Below are positions 9,422-19,053 of a stretch of DNA of 64,000 bases, one piece after another. Source of the DNA: Candidatus Pyrohabitans jungbluthii (GTDB lineage: Archaea > Hydrothermarchaeota > Hydrothermarchaeia > Hydrothermarchaeales > BMS3B). The notes under the pieces are model-generated. The model searched no databases. It had not been told where the DNA came from and worked only from the letters and a program-made list of their open reading frames with translations. Location of the stretch: positions 96,001 through 160,000 of the forward strand of contig MTMD02000002.1 in assembly GCA_002010065.2 (NCBI GenBank). Reading direction: 5' to 3'. A program made the translations under genes and the position numbers. Within the stretch, counting starts at the first letter, position 1, and every line of letters begins with the position of its first letter.

Positions 9422-9787
9422 ATGGGAATGAATCCGCTTGAGGCTCCGTGGTTAAGCTCTAGGAAGTTCCCCGGAAAGTTTGAGGAGGAGCTTACCGACG
9501 ACGATATCCGCGAGTGGGAGGAGAAGGAGAGGCAGGGTCTGATCGTTGATGACGTGCCTGGCGGCACAGACGTGAGCATACCAATACGCGTTGACTACAT
9601 GAACGGCGACTATCACCGCGCCTATGAGATTCTCCAGAAGAACAAGATACCCATAAAGTACAAGACGGTGATGACCGTCCCGCCCTTCCACGCCACCATC
9701 CACGTGTTCCCGCCAGATGGCGTTAAGGCGATGAAGCTCCTGCGCAAAGCAGGAATAACAATGTACAAGGTGAAGCCCGTCTTCTAA
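9422..9787 (+). CDS. Hypothetical protein
   Basis: 121-aa ORF with GAGGTGA RBS, coding-like composition and downstream T-tract. Confidence 0.7.
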   Translation: MGMNPLEAPWLSSRKFPGKFEEELTDDDIREWEEKERQGLIVDDVPGGTDVSIPIRVDYMNGDYHRAYEILQKNKIPIKYKTVMTVPPFHATIHVFPPDGVKAMKLLRKAGITMYKVKPVF

Positions 9788-9797
9788 GGGCTCAACT

Positions 9798-9821
9798 CTT
9801 TTCCTTTTTCGATTTTTTATT
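9798..9821 (+). terminator. Putative archaeal oligo-T terminator
   Basis: CTTTTCCTTTTTCGATTTTTTATT just after the stop of 9422..9787. Confidence 0.45.
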
Positions 9822-9874
9822 GTGCTGATTTTGTGGTTGTAACTTTTTTATTCTACCTCTGTGAACATAACCAC

Positions 9875-10756
9875 ATGGACATTGATCTCCCCCAAGGGTG
9901 GGAGGAAGCGGCGAGGTGCATAGCTGAGGAGAAGCCGCGCAGGATTCTTGTTCTCGGCGATGTAGACGTGGGCAAGAGCACCTTCATCAATTACCTGCTC
10001 AGGACGTTGCTTGGGGAAGGGTTAACCTGCTCACTAATCGATGCGGATATTGGGCAGAAGGATTTAGGTCCGCCGGCGACGGTTACACTAGGCGAATTTC
10101 AGTACCTTTACGAGCTTCGCTTGGGGAAGGTTAGGGCGATGTACTTCGTGGGCTCAACCTCGCCGCGAGGGCATCTCCTGCCCCTTCTGGTGGGCACAAA
10201 GCTTCTTGCCGACAAAGCCCAGGGCACAGTTGCTGTGGTAAACACCACGGGCTTTGTGAAGAACGCGGGCTTCGCTTTGAAGGGCTTCAAGATAGAGCTG
10301 CTCAAGCCTGAGCTTCTAATCGCACTGCAGCGCGATGCGGAGCTTGAGCCACTGCTGCGGAGCTATGCACATGTGCACTGCCTTAGGCTTCCGGTCTCTG
10401 CTATGGCTAAGTCCAAGAGCTTTGAGGAGCGCCGTGCGCTTCGCAGAGAGGCGTTTCGCAGGTACTTCAGCTCCGCGGTGGAGCGAAGGCTTGAGGTTGA
10501 GGCTGTGAGATTCCAGAGGGTGAGCGCACACAACGAGGAGGGTGAGGTGGAGGATGCTATTGGAAGGCTAAAGCATAACCTGCTCATAGGGCTTGCGAAT
10601 GAGGAGGGCGAGGTTCTTGGCTTGGGGATAGTGAAGGGGTTCGACGGCAGAACGCTGAGCATAATAACACCGGTGAAGGATGAGATTGCGGTAGTGCAAC
10701 TTGGCAGCATGCTGGTGCGCGAAAATGGCGAGGAGCTTGGTTTTGTGAGGAGGTGA
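9875..10756 (+). CDS. Clp1/Grc3/NOL9-family polynucleotide 5'-OH kinase
   Basis: Walker A GDVDVGKST, IDADIGQKDLGPP, VNTTGFV, ERRALRREAF. Confidence 0.85.
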   Translation: MDIDLPQGWEEAARCIAEEKPRRILVLGDVDVGKSTFINYLLRTLLGEGLTCSLIDADIGQKDLGPPATVTLGEFQYLYELRLGKVRAMYFVGSTSPRGHLLPLLVGTKLLADKAQGTVAVVNTTGFVKNAGFALKGFKIELLKPELLIALQRDAELEPLLRSYAHVHCLRLPVSAMAKSKSFEERRALRREAFRRYFSSAVERRLEVEAVRFQRVSAHNEEGEVEDAIGRLKHNLLIGLANEEGEVLGLGIVKGFDGRTLSIITPVKDEIAVVQLGSMLVRENGEELGFVRR

Positions 10757-11961
10757 GGTTACTGGATAATAGGAGCTCTGCCAGGCGGGTGCCATACTAC
10801 CGCTGCGGAATTAAGCAGGCTAAAGCGTACATGGCGCGAAGGGTTGTGCTGGGATTCAACGTCAACGTCGATGCCGTAAAGCTTGCAAAGCCGGGTGAAC
10901 TAGACGCCCTTGAGCTACCAGACGAGCTTAGCTCGCTAAGAGAGTGCGCTGCCACGGGAGAGCAGCGCGAGGTTGTGGTGGGCAGAAGCACATTGGATTT
11001 CCTTCTTGAGAATCTGGGCTACGACTACCTCGCCATAGGCGGGCAGGGCGGACAGGCTGCGTTAGCTGCCTCTCGCCTGGGCGTGGAGAGCTACCTGCAC
11101 TTAGCCAAGAGGTGCAGGCTGATAGGTGAGCTTCTGGATGAGCGTGTTTTTGTACCAGGCGAAGATGGCTTCGTTCCTGCGAAGGAGCTTACCGAAGAGT
11201 GTACGCCAGCGATGCACTATGTGATTGAGTTCAAAAAGGGCGATGTGCACTTTGGCAGCGCTGTGCCGGAGGCAACGCGCTTTATTGCCTCCTACGACCC
11301 ACCCGTGGCTGAGCTGAGCATAGACGATGCCTTTGTAGAGCTTATCAGAGAGGAGATTAGAGGCATACCCAAGGGCGTGATTTCAGGCTTCCATTTAACC
11401 AGCCCAGAGAACGCCGGGAGAATAAGAGAGGTGGAGAAGATTATAGAGGAGTGGAAGGAGCTCAACCCTGAACTCTTCCTTCACCTTGAGATGGCGCAGT
11501 ACCACAGCGAACGCGTTCTGCTAGAGGTGAGGCGGCGCCTTTTCCCGATAGTGGACAGCGTGGGCTTCGACGAGGCAGAGCTATGCCAGCTCACCGGTGA
11601 GGACGAGCTCATCCCGGCGCTTGAGGAGGTTTCCAGCTATGCTGAGCGGGCGGTGCTTCACACCTCCCACTACTCCCTTTGTCTGAGCGACGACTACCCC
11701 AAGCAGGTTAAAGCAGCACTGCAGTTTGGCTCTCTGCTCGCTGCCTTCAGAGCAAAGCACGGCAGAGTGCCGAGCATGGCAGAGCTTGAGCGTTTTTCTC
11801 CGCCAAAGCCGTGCCGCGCTGGAATAGTGGCAAGGAGAGAGCTTCTCAAGCACAGCTTTGAGAAAGGCTTAGTGGTGGTGCCAGCGTTGTACGTGGAGAA
11901 GCCAAAAGCAACAGTAGGGCTGGGAGACACCTTTGCCCTGGGATTTACGCTGATTGTTTGA
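10753..11961 (+). CDS. pfkC: ADP-dependent phosphofructokinase/glucokinase
   Basis: LGFNVNVDAV, IGGQGGQAA, ISGFH, HLEMA, SVGFDEAEL, PKATVGLGDTF. Confidence 0.88.
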   Translation: MRLLDNRSSARRVPYYRCGIKQAKAYMARRVVLGFNVNVDAVKLAKPGELDALELPDELSSLRECAATGEQREVVVGRSTLDFLLENLGYDYLAIGGQGGQAALAASRLGVESYLHLAKRCRLIGELLDERVFVPGEDGFVPAKELTEECTPAMHYVIEFKKGDVHFGSAVPEATRFIASYDPPVAELSIDDAFVELIREEIRGIPKGVISGFHLTSPENAGRIREVEKIIEEWKELNPELFLHLEMAQYHSERVLLEVRRRLFPIVDSVGFDEAELCQLTGEDELIPALEEVSSYAERAVLHTSHYSLCLSDDYPKQVKAALQFGSLLAAFRAKHGRVPSMAELERFSPPKPCRAGIVARRELLKHSFEKGLVVVPALYVEKPKATVGLGDTFALGFTLIV

Positions 11962-11992
11962 GCCTTGAAAAATAAAAAAGAAAAAGAGGAAC

Positions 11993-12817
11993 TCACGCAA
12001 TTGTCCTGTTCTTTCTCCTCTGCACAGCGAAGTACACCGCTATGAAGGCGTAGACCATGTGGAACAGGTATGTGAATGGGAACACTGCAAAGATTGTCAA
12101 ACCAAGCGCTGCGTGGTAGTACACTATTCCCGGCACCAGCTCCAGTCTCGCAAGGATCTCTGTCCAAATAATGGAGAAGACCAGCAGGGTAACGAAGAGA
12201 TGCTCCCAGGAGAAGTGTCCGGGCGTGCGTATGCCTCGTGCTGCTGGGTCAAGGTCGTCCATCACCGCGCCGCTCTTCTTGCGAAGGATGGTGATGAGCA
12301 GGTTGGTGTTGCCATAGAGACCGAAGAGTACTGCTACCCAGGTAACGGCGATGAAGATGCCCGCGAGCCTTCCGAAGAGGTAGGGCGCCTGCAGGTGCTC
12401 TGCGTTGCCGAAGACTATCGCAAGTAAATTAGCAGGCGAGTAGTTGTAAGACTCTGGTATGCCAAGAGCCACGTCAGGCACTGGAGAGCCGCTGAGTATC
12501 CTCACCGCTAAGATGAGCGCAGACAGAGCGTAGCCCGAGAGGATGGTGATTATCGCCACGTGGTAGAACATGTAGCCCCTTGCCCACGTGCGGTTCGCTT
12601 TGAGGTAGAAGTGGGTTATTGGTCCAAAGAGTACCTTCTTTATCGCCTCAAAGGTAGGCATGGGCTCTGGTGCATCTAAGGCTGTGGGTGTTCTCCCACG
12701 GGGCTTGCGGTTGGTTATCGCCACCCTCACGAAGCGCCCAAGCTTGAGCGCCGTGCCCAGGAAAAACAGGGTAAAGGCGATGTAGGCGTAGACGTTGAGA
12801 AATCCTTCGATGCTCAT
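11993..12817 (-). CDS. DsrM/HdrE/NarI-like membrane cytochrome b subunit
   Basis: About 5 TM with heme-b-type histidines (YHVA, YYHAALG...FPFTYLFHM); translationally coupled to the upstream Fe-S protein. Confidence 0.7.
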   Translation of the reverse strand: MSIEGFLNVYAYIAFTLFFLGTALKLGRFVRVAITNRKPRGRTPTALDAPEPMPTFEAIKKVLFGPITHFYLKANRTWARGYMFYHVAIITILSGYALSALILAVRILSGSPVPDVALGIPESYNYSPANLLAIVFGNAEHLQAPYLFGRLAGIFIAVTWVAVLFGLYGNTNLLITILRKKSGAVMDDLDPAARGIRTPGHFSWEHLFVTLLVFSIIWTEILARLELVPGIVYYHAALGLTIFAVFPFTYLFHMVYAFIAVYFAVQRRKNRTIA

Positions 12818-14349
12818 CTCGCCTTAACCTCCTGCTTGAACTTCTTCTCAATCATCTGCTTGAGCTCCTGCATCTTCTCAAACGCATGCGGGTTATCGCG
12901 GAAGTAGCGCTGCACAATTTCATCGCCTTCCAGCCACTCCATGAGCTTCGGGAAGTCTGGGTTCTGCATCATCTGCGCCATTATGCCAGAGATGCTGTGC
13001 TTCATGAAGAACTCCTCGTCTCTGCCTTTGAGCTCAGCTGGCATTCGCATTCGATCTAGCTCGCCGCGCTTCTCAAGTGCCTTAACCATAGCCTCGTACA
13101 CCACCTCGAACATCATCAGCGACATGCGCTTGTTCTCTGGCGCCAAGCCATAGACCTTGCAGGTGTCCTCGATGCTGAGCATGCACACAGCGCAGGGCGT
13201 GGTCACAAGTTCAGCGCCTGTGTTCTTTATCTGCTCCGCCTTTATCTTCGAAACCTTCCTGCGAAGCTCAGTGTTCTCGGGCAGGCGCATCGGTCCAGAG
13301 CCAGCGTTGCAGCAGTAGTTGTACTCTCTGTTGGGCGTCATCTCCACGAAATTCTCTGCGACGCTGCGCAGAAGCTCGCGCTCCATCTCGCCCATGCCAG
13401 CTAGGCGAGTGACGTAGCACGGGTCGTGCATTGTTATCTTCTGTTTAATCTTCTCAACCGGAAGCTTGCCAGACTTTATAAGCTCAAGCATCAGCGAGTC
13501 CACGCTTACAATCGGGAACTTGAAGGGTCTGCCCAGTGTTTCAGTCGCCTCGACGTAAAGCGTGCGCACGTCGCAGCCGCACTCCACGACGAGCACCTTC
13601 TGCACCCCGAGGCGCTCCGCCTCAGCCTCCCACTCAAGGAGCATCTGCTTGCTCAGCTCGTGGTGCACCACGATGTGGTCTATCTCTGTACCCGTGTCAA
13701 TAACTCTTGGCGATACTGTGTAGCTCACTCCGGCGGCGTTCAGAATCTTGGGCAGCTTTATGCCGTAGTCAGGTATCTTTGTGTTGCCTGCAGCTGGGCA
13801 CACGAAGAGGTACTCCGCGCCCTTAACTTCGACAGGAAGCTCTGTGCCGTCGGTGTACAGGAATAGGCCCACTCGCCCGAAGACCTGCTCTCTTGTTAAG
13901 CCAAAGGAGTGACGCAGGTTGCGGGTGTTCTCCACTATGGACTTAATCGTGGGGTTCTCCTCGCTCAAGCCAGCGTCGCTGTAGGCTGCTCTGGCTAAGC
14001 GAACTATTCGCCTAGTGCTCAGCCCCTGAGGACACGCGAGGGTGCAGCGCCCGCAGGCAGTGCACTTCCAGAAGTACTCCATGTTCTCTCTCAGGTCCTT
14101 CACTGTAGGCGTTTCCATTAAACCGAGGGCACCCTTTATCTTGCCCTCCAGCGTCATGTAGCGCTTGTAGATCTTTCGTATAAAGTCGGTCTTGTAGGTG
14201 GGATGCAGCTTTTCATCGCCAGTGGTGAGGTACCAGGCGCAGGCTTCGCCGCAGTTCTTGCAGCCTATGCATGCTTCTAGGTTCACTATATCCTCTGCTG
14301 TGAGGTTCCTCTTTAGTGAGTCCACAAAGAGCTGCATTTCGCGCTCCAT
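12814..14349 (-). CDS. DsrK/HdrD-like Fe-S oxidoreductase with CCG domain
   Basis: CIGCKNCGEAC and CTACGRCTLACP ferredoxin motifs; HDPC...CCNAGSG...TPCAVC CCG-type motif; ATG 14349 with GGAGGTG. Confidence 0.82.
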   Translation of the reverse strand: MEREMQLFVDSLKRNLTAEDIVNLEACIGCKNCGEACAWYLTTGDEKLHPTYKTDFIRKIYKRYMTLEGKIKGALGLMETPTVKDLRENMEYFWKCTACGRCTLACPQGLSTRRIVRLARAAYSDAGLSEENPTIKSIVENTRNLRHSFGLTREQVFGRVGLFLYTDGTELPVEVKGAEYLFVCPAAGNTKIPDYGIKLPKILNAAGVSYTVSPRVIDTGTEIDHIVVHHELSKQMLLEWEAEAERLGVQKVLVVECGCDVRTLYVEATETLGRPFKFPIVSVDSLMLELIKSGKLPVEKIKQKITMHDPCYVTRLAGMGEMERELLRSVAENFVEMTPNREYNYCCNAGSGPMRLPENTELRRKVSKIKAEQIKNTGAELVTTPCAVCMLSIEDTCKVYGLAPENKRMSLMMFEVVYEAMVKALEKRGELDRMRMPAELKGRDEEFFMKHSISGIMAQMMQNPDFPKLMEWLEGDEIVQRYFRDNPHAFEKMQELKQMIEKKFKQEVKAR

Positions 14350-14442
14350 ATAGCACCTCCATCTTTTAATTTTTTTGTACATTACTTAAGGTAGTATTTA
14401 ACATTTATAAACATTTATATGTGTTTTATATATATAGCGACT

Positions 14443-14463
14443 ATGTTTCAAAAATTGATACAT
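14443..14463. promoter_or_regulatory. Palindromic candidate operator in divergent promoter
   Basis: ATGTTTCAA-AAA-TTGATACAT (8/9 inverted match) within the AT-rich spacer containing TATA-like boxes. Confidence 0.45.
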
Positions 14464-14534
14464 TCATCGAAACTCACATATCATGGACATTCATTTTAAA
14501 AACATGGTCAATGTTAGGTGCGCTGGATTTAAGC

Positions 14535-15329
14535 ATGGAGACTCTTGAAAAGCTTGTAAAGCAGCTTGCGAGCCTATCCCCGGGCACCGAGGAGAAGCTA
14601 AGGATTATAGAGATGCTCGCAAGGCAGGGGGAGATGCCCTTCAGCAAGCTGAGAGAAGCCATGCCTGAGCTCAACAGGTCCACACTGTACAACTACCTAG
14701 ACGACCTAGTTAAGGGAGGGCTTCTCAAGAAGCGTATTGTTCATGAGCCCGGAAAGAGGCCAGTGTCCTACTACTCCGTAGCGGACTTCTTCATTTACCT
14801 TTCGCCCCAGTGCCTTCTCCGCATAGCCTCCGGCGCTGATACAGGCTTTGTGAACGACAAGTTTTACCCCACAGTGAAGGTTAAGGTGGTGGACAGCGCG
14901 GGCAATGAAAGCGAGTACCATCCAAGCATCCTGGTGCGTGATCTGCTGGACGCTGGCATACGCGTGGAAGACGCCCTTGATGCGGCGCTCTACGTGGCTG
15001 AGAACCTGTACGAGGGCATAACCACCGACGAAATCGCTGAACTCGCTGCAAAGCGCCTCGCCGAGAAGGACAAATCGTTAGCGGAGCGTTTTCTCTGGTT
15101 CCTTCACGGGCCAATAAGCGTTCGCCGCTCCAACGGGAGCTATGAGAACTGGGATAGAGCAAAACTTGAGAAGGAGATTGCCAAGGAGTGGAAGGGCATA
15201 GAGAAGACTCCACGTGAGCTGGCGCTGCTCTCAAGGCAGGCGGAGAGGTGCATAAAGAGGCAGGGTTTGCAGGGCGCGGTGGACGAGAATTACGTTAAGG
15301 ATGTTATTAAGATGGTGCTGCGGGGGTGA
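14535..15329 (+). CDS. ArsR-type HTH regulator fused to ATP-cone domain(s)
   Basis: KLRIIEMLARQGEMPFSKL...RSTLYNYLDDLVKGGLL; then VKVVDSAGNESEYHPSILVRDLLDAG...EGITTDEIAELAAKRL (ATP-cone); second degenerate cone VRRSNGSYENWDRAKL; start could be 14511. Confidence 0.75.
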   Translation: METLEKLVKQLASLSPGTEEKLRIIEMLARQGEMPFSKLREAMPELNRSTLYNYLDDLVKGGLLKKRIVHEPGKRPVSYYSVADFFIYLSPQCLLRIASGADTGFVNDKFYPTVKVKVVDSAGNESEYHPSILVRDLLDAGIRVEDALDAALYVAENLYEGITTDEIAELAAKRLAEKDKSLAERFLWFLHGPISVRRSNGSYENWDRAKLEKEIAKEWKGIEKTPRELALLSRQAERCIKRQGLQGAVDENYVKDVIKMVLRG

Positions 15330-15332
15330 GGG

Positions 15333-17003
15333 CTACATCCTCTCAAGCACTGGCATGCCTAAGAGTTTCATAGCATTGCCCAGCACTGTTCTCGTGGCAT
15401 TAACAAGATTGAGTCTGAAATCCTTAAACTCGCTTTTCAGCACGGGGTCAAACATGTAGAAGCGGTGGAAGGCAGTGGCAAGCTCGAGAAGGTAGGAGGC
15501 GAGCATACTCGGCTTGCGCTGCTTTGCCGAACTCTCCACCACCTCGGGAAAGGCGGCGAGAAGCTTCACAAGTGCGCGCTCGTTGTCAGTAAGCTCGTGA
15601 ACTTCGAAGCTCGCCGGTGGGGACTCCTTCTCAAGAATCCTTGTAGCCCTGGCGTAGGCGTACTGCAGGAAGGGTCCACCCTGACGCTCGAAATCCAAGG
15701 CTTCCTCCCAGCGAAAAACCATCGCCTTCTCGGGTGAGACCTTAACTATGTTGAACCTAACGGCGGCGATTCCAACCTTCTCAGCCACGCTGCGTTTGAA
15801 CTCCTCGCTGGCATCGCCTCGACGCTTCGCCACCTCTTCATAAGCCCTGAAGACCGCTTCGGTAATAAGCTCATCCAGGGATATGAAGACACCCTTCCGG
15901 GTGGACATTCGCCCAGAGGGCAGGGAGATGAACTCGTAGATTATAAACTCCGGCTCCTCCTCGCCCAGGATGCGGAGGGCTGCGCTAAGCTGCGCCGCAA
16001 GCAACTTGTGGTCCGCGCCCCACACGTTTATAAGCTTGCCCAGCTTCGCCTTCCAGAGGTGATGCGCTATATCGCGGGTGGCGTAGAGGTAGGTGCCATC
16101 GCTCCTGCGCAGCACCAGCTCCTTCTCTATCCCGAACTCCTCCAGGTCAAGGTAGAGCACATCGTCCTCCCGAGCGTACTTTGTGGAGCGCAGCCTTTCT
16201 ACGACCTCATCCACATCACCACGACGCACAAACTCGCTCTCCCAGGTGATCATGTCATGCGAAATGCCCAGCCTTTCCAGCGTCGCAGTGATTCCCTGCA
16301 GGCAGTACTCCGCCGCAGATTTGAACTCCTCCACAACGCGCTCATCGCCTGCTTCGTAGGCGCGCATCAGCGAAGAAAGCTCCTGCTGGAGCTCCTCCCT
16401 CTCCTCCACCATTTTATTAGCCTTAACGTACACCTCCGCTATGGCATGGTCTGGCTTTTTAGCCCTGTCCAGCTCAAGCGTGCGAAGCCCCAGCACCACG
16501 ACGGCGAGCTGCTTCCCCATGTCGTTCAGGTAGTACTGGGTTGTAACCTCGTAACCAGCGAAGCGCAGTATTCTCGCAAGAGCATCGCCCAGTATGGCGT
16601 TTCTCCCATGCCCTATGTGGAGGGGACCGTCCGGGTTAGCTGAGGTGTGCTCCAGTATAATTTTCTCCCCCTTCGCCTCCCCTTTTCCATAATCCTCGCC
16701 CTTTTCCAGAATCTCCTCTACAAGCGCTTCAGCGAGGGCTTCGTAGTTAAAGTAGAAGTTGATGAACCCGTTGAGCGCCTTAACCTCTTTTATAAATCTC
16801 GCCCCAGCCACATCGATACGCGAAGCAAGCTCCTCCGCAATCTTGGCAGGAGGCTTTTTTAACTGCCTTGCAAGGGTAAAGCACACCGGCGAGGCTAGGT
16901 CGCCATACCCCTGCCTTGGCTCCTCAAGGGTAACCTCAGCCTCAACATCGCCAAGAGCTTTGAGCAGTAGCTCCTTCGCCTCCCTCTTCACCTTGCTCAG
17001 CAT
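15333..17003 (-). CDS. argS: Arginyl-tRNA synthetase
   Basis: EHTSANPDGPLHIGHGRNA (HIGH), RMSTRKG, FLQYAYAR, C-terminal LERM. Confidence 0.96.
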   Translation of the reverse strand: MLSKVKREAKELLLKALGDVEAEVTLEEPRQGYGDLASPVCFTLARQLKKPPAKIAEELASRIDVAGARFIKEVKALNGFINFYFNYEALAEALVEEILEKGEDYGKGEAKGEKIILEHTSANPDGPLHIGHGRNAILGDALARILRFAGYEVTTQYYLNDMGKQLAVVVLGLRTLELDRAKKPDHAIAEVYVKANKMVEEREELQQELSSLMRAYEAGDERVVEEFKSAAEYCLQGITATLERLGISHDMITWESEFVRRGDVDEVVERLRSTKYAREDDVLYLDLEEFGIEKELVLRRSDGTYLYATRDIAHHLWKAKLGKLINVWGADHKLLAAQLSAALRILGEEEPEFIIYEFISLPSGRMSTRKGVFISLDELITEAVFRAYEEVAKRRGDASEEFKRSVAEKVGIAAVRFNIVKVSPEKAMVFRWEEALDFERQGGPFLQYAYARATRILEKESPPASFEVHELTDNERALVKLLAAFPEVVESSAKQRKPSMLASYLLELATAFHRFYMFDPVLKSEFKDFRLNLVNATRTVLGNAMKLLGMPVLERM

Positions 17004-17007
17004 AGCC

Positions 17008-18246
17008 CTACCTCGGTCTGTAGCGGAGGATCGCGGCAATGCCTCCGAAGCTGCGTAGCTGCTGACCCTCCTCTGTTTCTGTGGATATCACTTCAACCTT
17101 GGCGTTCGTCGCGTCTGCCAGCTCTTTAAGCTCATCCAGAGTGCTCTTAAAGCTCTCAATAGATAGGGAGCGCTCTCCGCACTTGGGGCACTGCTCCTTA
17201 TTTAGCTGCTGCTCCAGCGTCTTTAAATCCTTGACCGTCTTCTCAGTCTTGTAATCGCAACTTGAGCAGGCGATGGTAACGCGGTAGCTCTCCACATCCT
17301 CGGAAAAGAGCAGCGTATCCACGGCGCCCATCTGAAGGTATTCTCTGACTTCATTCAAACCGTATGCCGCTAAGCCGTGATCCTTGACCACCTCTCTGAG
17401 AAACTTCTGCACCAGCTTCTTCTCCTTGACTATCTCCAGCTCTTCGAAGACGCCAGAAGCCTTGTCCACCAGCTCCGTTAAGCCAAACTCGTCGGTATAG
17501 GAGGTGTCTATTATGTCTATAACCTTCTTCTTAACTTCGTGGTGCAGGTAGTCGGCGTTCACAAAAAACTCTTTCGTCGGTCCAGGTCCGCCCACAAGCA
17601 CACCCAACAGGTCTGGCACGTTCATGAAAATCTCGCTCGCCTGCTCACCCACGCGTTTGAAGTATTCATGGGCGGCGATCTCTATAAGCCTCTCAAAGCG
17701 GCGCTGACTTTGACCGCCGCGACCATGCTTTCTGGGCACGTTGGAGATTATCCTGCGCACTGTCTCTATTCGCTTGCCCTTGAGCAGGCCTATTGTAGCT
17801 TCATTCCTATCCACTAGAAGCAAGCCGTAGGTGCCCTTCTCCTCAAGCATCTCCTTTATGGGGTCTAGGAGAAACTGGGAGTCGCAGCGGTAGATGTAGG
17901 TGGTTATGGGCTCCGGGGGCTCTATTATGTAAACTTCCATCTTATCCTTGGTGCCGTGGGGGATAGTGCCCACGAGCAACACCATACCCTTCTCAGGCGG
18001 GCGCTTGAACAGCTTGAGGCGCTGCATTATAACCTCTAAAGCAGACTGCACATTCTTCCTCGTCCTCGCACTCTTTATGTTCATCGCCTGGGAGTACTCC
18101 TCCCGCATCTGAGCCATGACGTCGGCTAAGTTCTTATCCGGCGGGATGTAAAGGCTAATCAGCTCTGTGCCTTTGCCCTTCTTGCTCTCCAGAAACTCTA
18201 TTTCCTTTTTCAGCCTGTGCAGCTCAACCGAGGATGCCTTTGCCAT
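17008..18246 (-). CDS. prf1: Archaeal peptide chain release factor aRF1
   Basis: GTELISLYIPP, NIKS, YRCDS, HGRGGQSQRRF, FGGIAAILRY. Confidence 0.97.
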   Translation of the reverse strand: MAKASSVELHRLKKEIEFLESKKGKGTELISLYIPPDKNLADVMAQMREEYSQAMNIKSARTRKNVQSALEVIMQRLKLFKRPPEKGMVLLVGTIPHGTKDKMEVYIIEPPEPITTYIYRCDSQFLLDPIKEMLEEKGTYGLLLVDRNEATIGLLKGKRIETVRRIISNVPRKHGRGGQSQRRFERLIEIAAHEYFKRVGEQASEIFMNVPDLLGVLVGGPGPTKEFFVNADYLHHEVKKKVIDIIDTSYTDEFGLTELVDKASGVFEELEIVKEKKLVQKFLREVVKDHGLAAYGLNEVREYLQMGAVDTLLFSEDVESYRVTIACSSCDYKTEKTVKDLKTLEQQLNKEQCPKCGERSLSIESFKSTLDELKELADATNAKVEVISTETEEGQQLRSFGGIAAILRYRPR

Positions 18247-18369
18247 TATATCACCAAATATCCCGAAAAGAAGGGAAGTCTTTCCTTTTGTTTTTTTCCT
18301 GTTTATTTTTAAACTTTGCGCCTAAAAGTTTAAATATGTACCTGATGAATCACAGGTAGCAAAGTTAAC

Positions 18370-19050
18370 ATGGTGAGATATTTGAAGGCTGTGCTCAGCT
18401 TGGGTGGCTCCATAGTTGCGTCGCCTGGCATAAATCTGGATTTTATTAGAGAGTTTGCTTCGCTCGTGACTAAGCTTCGACGCGAGGGGTATCACCTAGC
18501 GATAGTGGTAGGTGGCGGAAGGGTGGCGAGGGAGTACATCGAAGCTGCTCGCGGCCTTGGAGCGAGTGAGAGTTTCTGCGATGAACTGGGTATATTGGCC
18601 ACGAGGATGAACGCACGCTTGGTTATAGCTGCGCTTGGGAATGAAGCGTATGAGCATGTGCCCGAGAGCATTGAGGAGATAGAGGAGTGGGATAAGGTTA
18701 TAGTTATGGGGGGTACTACCCCAGGACACACCACCGATGCCGTAGCTGCGATGCTTGCAGCGAGGCTGGGCGCAGAGCTGCTGGTAAACGCTACAAACGT
18801 AGACGGCGTTTACAGCGACGATCCGAAGAAGAATCCTGAGGCAAAGAAGTACGAAAGGATAAGCGTGGAGGAGTTAATTAAGCTTGTGGGCAACGAGCAC
18901 AGGGCAGGCGTCTCAGCAATCCTCGACCCCAAGGCAGTGAGGATAATAAAAGAGCACAGAATTAAAACTGTGGTAGTTAAGGGCGAACTCCAGCGCATTG
19001 AGGCAGCGCTGCGCGGAGGCGAGCATCGAGGCACTGAGATAGAGGTGTAG
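18370..19050 (+). CDS. pyrH: UMP kinase
   Basis: SLGGS, VVGGGRVAREYI, GGTTPGHTTDAVAA, TNVDGVYSDDP. Confidence 0.93.
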   Translation: MVRYLKAVLSLGGSIVASPGINLDFIREFASLVTKLRREGYHLAIVVGGGRVAREYIEAARGLGASESFCDELGILATRMNARLVIAALGNEAYEHVPESIEEIEEWDKVIVMGGTTPGHTTDAVAAMLAARLGAELLVNATNVDGVYSDDPKKNPEAKKYERISVEELIKLVGNEHRAGVSAILDPKAVRIIKEHRIKTVVVKGELQRIEAALRGGEHRGTEIEV

Positions 19051-19053
19051 AAA

